A stretch of DNA of 64,000 bases from Candidatus Latescibacterota bacterium (lineage in GTDB: Bacteria; Latescibacterota; UBA2968; UBA8231). A program made the translations under genes and the position numbers. The notes below the pieces were generated by a model, which made no database searches, was not told the DNA's origin, and saw nothing but the letters and a program-made list of their open reading frames with translations. Below are positions 60,789 through 64,000 of this stretch, piece after piece (the stretch's first letter is position 1; every line of letters starts with the position of its first letter). Location of the stretch: contig CBDETK010000013.1 of assembly GCA_965242865.1 (NCBI GenBank), forward strand, positions 3,104,001-3,168,000, written 5' to 3'.

Positions 60789-62924
60789 ATGTACGTCTTA
60801 CTCGTTGCGATTGGATTGGTGGTGGCTCCGCCTAAAGCCTTCGCGTTAACGTGGGATTTTGACGACGGCACGACTTGGGGATGGACTGCCGAAGAGAGCT
60901 TCATAGGCTCTACCACTGGTACCACCACGGTGTTCAACGAAGTCGAAGCCGGCGTCTGGCGCATTGCGCCGGTGCCGAACGGGCTAAGACCAGCCATTCG
61001 CTTGTCTTCGCCGCTGATTGGGGAAGACTCTGACCTATTTGACTGGGTCACCTTACGGCTACGCATCGTCCACGATCGCCCCACCGAGGGAAGCTTCCTG
61101 ATGATGTGGTCCAACGCCGAGTACAGACGCCTCAAGAAGGAAGGATCCCGCGAATCAATCGGGTTGGGGTTTTTTATGGGCGATTCTCACATTTATTCCA
61201 CCGAATGGCAAAACATCACCGTAGATATACGGGCCTTGGAAGCCGGTGCGGAAGCGGACCCAGAAGCAGAGATTACTTGGCAAGACACCCTCTTCCACTT
61301 CCACTTCGACCTAAGCTTATTGTCTTCAATCGCCTGGGACGAAAACAGCTTAAACAACTTAAAACCGGAGGATCGTCCGGCTTTTGTCGAAGTCGATTGG
61401 ATTCAACTGACGGGGGCCGAAGAGCTGCTACTGGGGGAACTACAGCCCCGGGCGAACACCGTGGAGGCCGGGTTGCCCGGGACGTTGTTCGCAAAACCGC
61501 GGTTTTCGGTGCTGGGTCGAGAGATCGGAGGCCCCAACGTGTATGGTACTTTGGGCGATGGCGATGGCGATGGCGATGCCGATCTGGTCGTGGGCTGGTT
61601 AATGCGAAACGCGGGCTGGACTATAGCGACCAGCGATGGCTTGGGGGGCTTGGTTCCCACCCAAGAGGTCCGCCTCCCAAAGGCGATTGTTCCGGTTATC
61701 GTGGGGGGCGATTTCAACGGCGATGGGCTGCTCGATCTGGCCCTTGATACCGGTCGAACCATCGAATTGTGGCTCAACCGGGGCGAGAATGAATTTGAGA
61801 CCATCCTACAGCTATCCGGCGGCTATCTCATCGGTCTAGCCGATGGCGACGGCGATGGCGATGGGGACCTGTTGGTGGTAGAGGACCTCGACGACCGCTG
61901 GTCTAACGTGACTATGTGGATCAATGATGGCGCGGCCGGGTTTGCCCACAGCGACCAGTTCGTCCTCGACACCGAAGAAGAGCTCGGGGTTTCCCTGCTG
62001 GCAGGGCAACCGGCGGGCGAGGCCGTGCGCCTGTTGTGGAGCCGACCCTGCTGGAAGCCGGTGGAGCGGTGGCGCCTGACCCAGCCATGGGCGGCCAGCC
62101 AGCCGCCACCGCTGTTTTTTGAGACCGGGCAGACCAATCCCTGCGACATGTACCTGCTGACCGATCTGGATGAGGATGGAGCGGTGGAGTTGATCGGGAC
62201 GCCCGAACGGAATCTGTACTTAGGCTTTTCTGTGGGCAACACCTACCACGGTTTGGCTGTGTGGCGGGTGGACGCCGCGGGCGGGGTGGAACGCCACACC
62301 CTGCTCGGTCCGCAGGTGATGGTGCCGGATGAAGAGGGGGGGGTTATTGCCCGCGACCTGACTGGCGATGGCCTGTTGGACTTGGCTGTGATCGACATCA
62401 ACATAGCGACGGGTCCGGCACTGATCGTCTTGGTTGGCCAGCGCGATGGCCTGCCCATCGTCGAAGGGCGCTATCCCCTGCCGGGCATCGGCCACAAGGT
62501 ACTAGCGGGCGATGTCAACGGCGATGGGACGACCGATCTGGTCGTGCTGGGACGGAGTCAGCGCGGCGAGGGCGGAGCCTCCGTCTTCCTCAACCAAGGC
62601 GTTCCCGCCACCGCCATCGCCGCCGAGACAACGACCACCCCCTCAGCCTTTGTCCTTGGTGCCAACTATCCCAACCCGTTCAACCCGGCCACGACTATTC
62701 CCGTGTCGGTGTCGGCGGGTGCGGGCGAGGTAGATTTAACCATCTACAATGTCTTGGGGCAGCCGGTGCGCCGCGTGTGGGCGGGTTCGTTGGCGGCGGG
62801 CGCCCACCGGCTGGCTTGGGATGGCCGGGACGCGCAAGGACAGCCGGTCGCCGCGGGCGTCTATTGGTATCGGTTGCAGGTGGACGACCAGAGGCACACC
62901 CGCAAAATGGTCAAACTTGAATAG
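60789..62924 (+). CDS. Secreted FG-GAP repeat protein, copy 5 (more divergent)
   Basis: Same architecture (LTWDFDDGTTWGWTA...NYPNPFNP), more substitutions; GGAGGTG RBS. Confidence 0.85.
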   Translation: MYVLLVAIGLVVAPPKAFALTWDFDDGTTWGWTAEESFIGSTTGTTTVFNEVEAGVWRIAPVPNGLRPAIRLSSPLIGEDSDLFDWVTLRLRIVHDRPTEGSFLMMWSNAEYRRLKKEGSRESIGLGFFMGDSHIYSTEWQNITVDIRALEAGAEADPEAEITWQDTLFHFHFDLSLLSSIAWDENSLNNLKPEDRPAFVEVDWIQLTGAEELLLGELQPRANTVEAGLPGTLFAKPRFSVLGREIGGPNVYGTLGDGDGDGDADLVVGWLMRNAGWTIATSDGLGGLVPTQEVRLPKAIVPVIVGGDFNGDGLLDLALDTGRTIELWLNRGENEFETILQLSGGYLIGLADGDGDGDGDLLVVEDLDDRWSNVTMWINDGAAGFAHSDQFVLDTEEELGVSLLAGQPAGEAVRLLWSRPCWKPVERWRLTQPWAASQPPPLFFETGQTNPCDMYLLTDLDEDGAVELIGTPERNLYLGFSVGNTYHGLAVWRVDAAGGVERHTLLGPQVMVPDEEGGVIARDLTGDGLLDLAVIDINIATGPALIVLVGQRDGLPIVEGRYPLPGIGHKVLAGDVNGDGTTDLVVLGRSQRGEGGASVFLNQGVPATAIAAETTTTPSAFVLGANYPNPFNPATTIPVSVSAGAGEVDLTIYNVLGQPVRRVWAGSLAAGAHRLAWDGRDAQGQPVAAGVYWYRLQVDDQRHTRKMVKLE

Positions 62925-63024
62925 GGAGCGGACGTGCTGGAGACGTTGCGCCAATACATAGCGGCTGACTGGCAGCGTTCCATGGACTGGTTAGGCCCTG
63001 TCGAGAAGCGAGGGACATAAGACG

Positions 63025-64000
63025 ATGAGACGACCGTGGAAAGCACCGCTCCGCAAAAACAGAACCCTGCAAAGCTGCTTGGCGGTGTCGCTGGCCTTGC
63101 ATCTGCTGGTGATCTTCGGCATCACGCACCGCGAACAGGTTGCTCAGTTTCCTGTCCTACAGCCGATCATGGTGGAGTTTATCAAACGCCCGCCGCCGCA
63201 GCGCACCCTTACCCGCCGCCAACGGCCCCGCCAACGGCCCTTAGTGCGCCGCCCCGCCCTGCAAGCCGCCCCGGTCGTTGCGGTGCGCCCGGCTCCCACG
63301 GCGACACGGCCCCTGCCGATGTTCAAGCCATCGGCACTTAGGCTGCCGATGGCAGCATTGCCCGATCGACTGGTGCTACCCGTGCCGGACTTCCCCGCTC
63401 GGCACATTGGTCCGCAAATGCAGGCTGGGGCATTGGAAGGAACGCGACAGGGGACCGACGAGATTGACTTGGCCTTAGAACTGATGGATGTGCAGGCCAT
63501 GGACACCGGCCAGCACCGGGCGATGGTGGTCGTCGATCCAAAAGACCGGCGTCAACTCAAGGGATTCCTCTATATGTCCAATGTATATAGCTCCTCCATT
63601 GAACGGGCTGAGCGAGAAACATCACGCCGACTTTTGCAGACGCGCCAAATGGTGGAAAACCGGATGCTGCAAGGGTTGGCCGACAAAATGGTCGCCAGTA
63701 CGCAGGTTCACGCCGAAGTGCTCGACGCGGTGGCACTAGACGACCCCCAGCTATTGCAGGTGCCCTTCGTCCTCCTGACGGCGAGCGATCATTTCGAGTT
63801 TACCGAGGCGGAGACAGCCAATCTCGGAGCGTACTTGACTTCGGGCGGCTTTCTCTTTGCGGAGATTGTGCGCGAATTGGGGTACCACTACAGCGACGAC
63901 GAATTGGACATTCCCGCGGTGCGATCCCTCATTCGCGCCAGCTTGCAGGCGGCGGGTTATCAAGAGTGGAAGGACTGGCAATTTAGACGCCTAGAGCTAA
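63025..64000 (+). CDS. DUF4159-like protein with N-terminal membrane anchor (3' truncated, absent from ORF track)
   Basis: Frame open from ATG 63025 to the window end: SLALHLLVIFG anchor, Pro/Arg-rich linker, LDDPQLLQVPFVLLT...ETANLGAYLTSGGFLFAE. Confidence 0.7.
   Translation, partial: MRRPWKAPLRKNRTLQSCLAVSLALHLLVIFGITHREQVAQFPVLQPIMVEFIKRPPPQRTLTRRQRPRQRPLVRRPALQAAPVVAVRPAPTATRPLPMFKPSALRLPMAALPDRLVLPVPDFPARHIGPQMQAGALEGTRQGTDEIDLALELMDVQAMDTGQHRAMVVVDPKDRRQLKGFLYMSNVYSSSIERAERETSRRLLQTRQMVENRMLQGLADKMVASTQVHAEVLDAVALDDPQLLQVPFVLLTASDHFEFTEAETANLGAYLTSGGFLFAEIVRELGYHYSDDELDIPAVRSLIRASLQAAGYQEWKDWQFRRLEL

Noticed and set aside
52151-62924. Diversity-generating retroelement or shufflon as the source of FG-GAP variation
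   Set aside because: No reverse transcriptase, template repeat or invertase in the window; variation includes indels and is not limited to adenine positions.

Overview
GC-rich bacterial chromosome segment. The mfd-PPIase-surA gene order, FlgD/T9SS-like C-terminal domains, a TTWG-x-K tail and a DUF4159 protein suggest an FCB-group organism such as Latescibacterota (inference only). The left two-thirds holds housekeeping and catabolic genes (mfd, PPIases, nrnA, argF, moaC, icd, lipB, CIRCE-controlled groEL, dgcN/dgcA, two uxuA-like genes, hemF, psd). These are interrupted by small accessory blocks: a barrel + S41 protease pair, toxin-antitoxin loci, a frameshifted SIR2-like/P-loop NTPase + HEPN-like putative defence pair, a Type ISP/IIG-like R-M gene with Uma2 and PIN/DUF433 genes, and a Schlafen/AlbA protein. 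The most striking region is ~45.1-62.9 kb. A soluble beta-propeller/sigma54-activator fusion lies upstream of repeated enhancer-like sites and a near-consensus -24/-12 promoter. The promoter precedes an A24 prepilin-type peptidase, an FMN-binding CxxC protein, two membrane-anchored thioredoxins, a small 6-Cys precursor peptide, and five tandem secreted FG-GAP proteins with a conserved framework and hypervariable loops. No rRNA, tRNA, CRISPR array or transposase was recognised. All calls come from reading motifs by eye; no searches were run.
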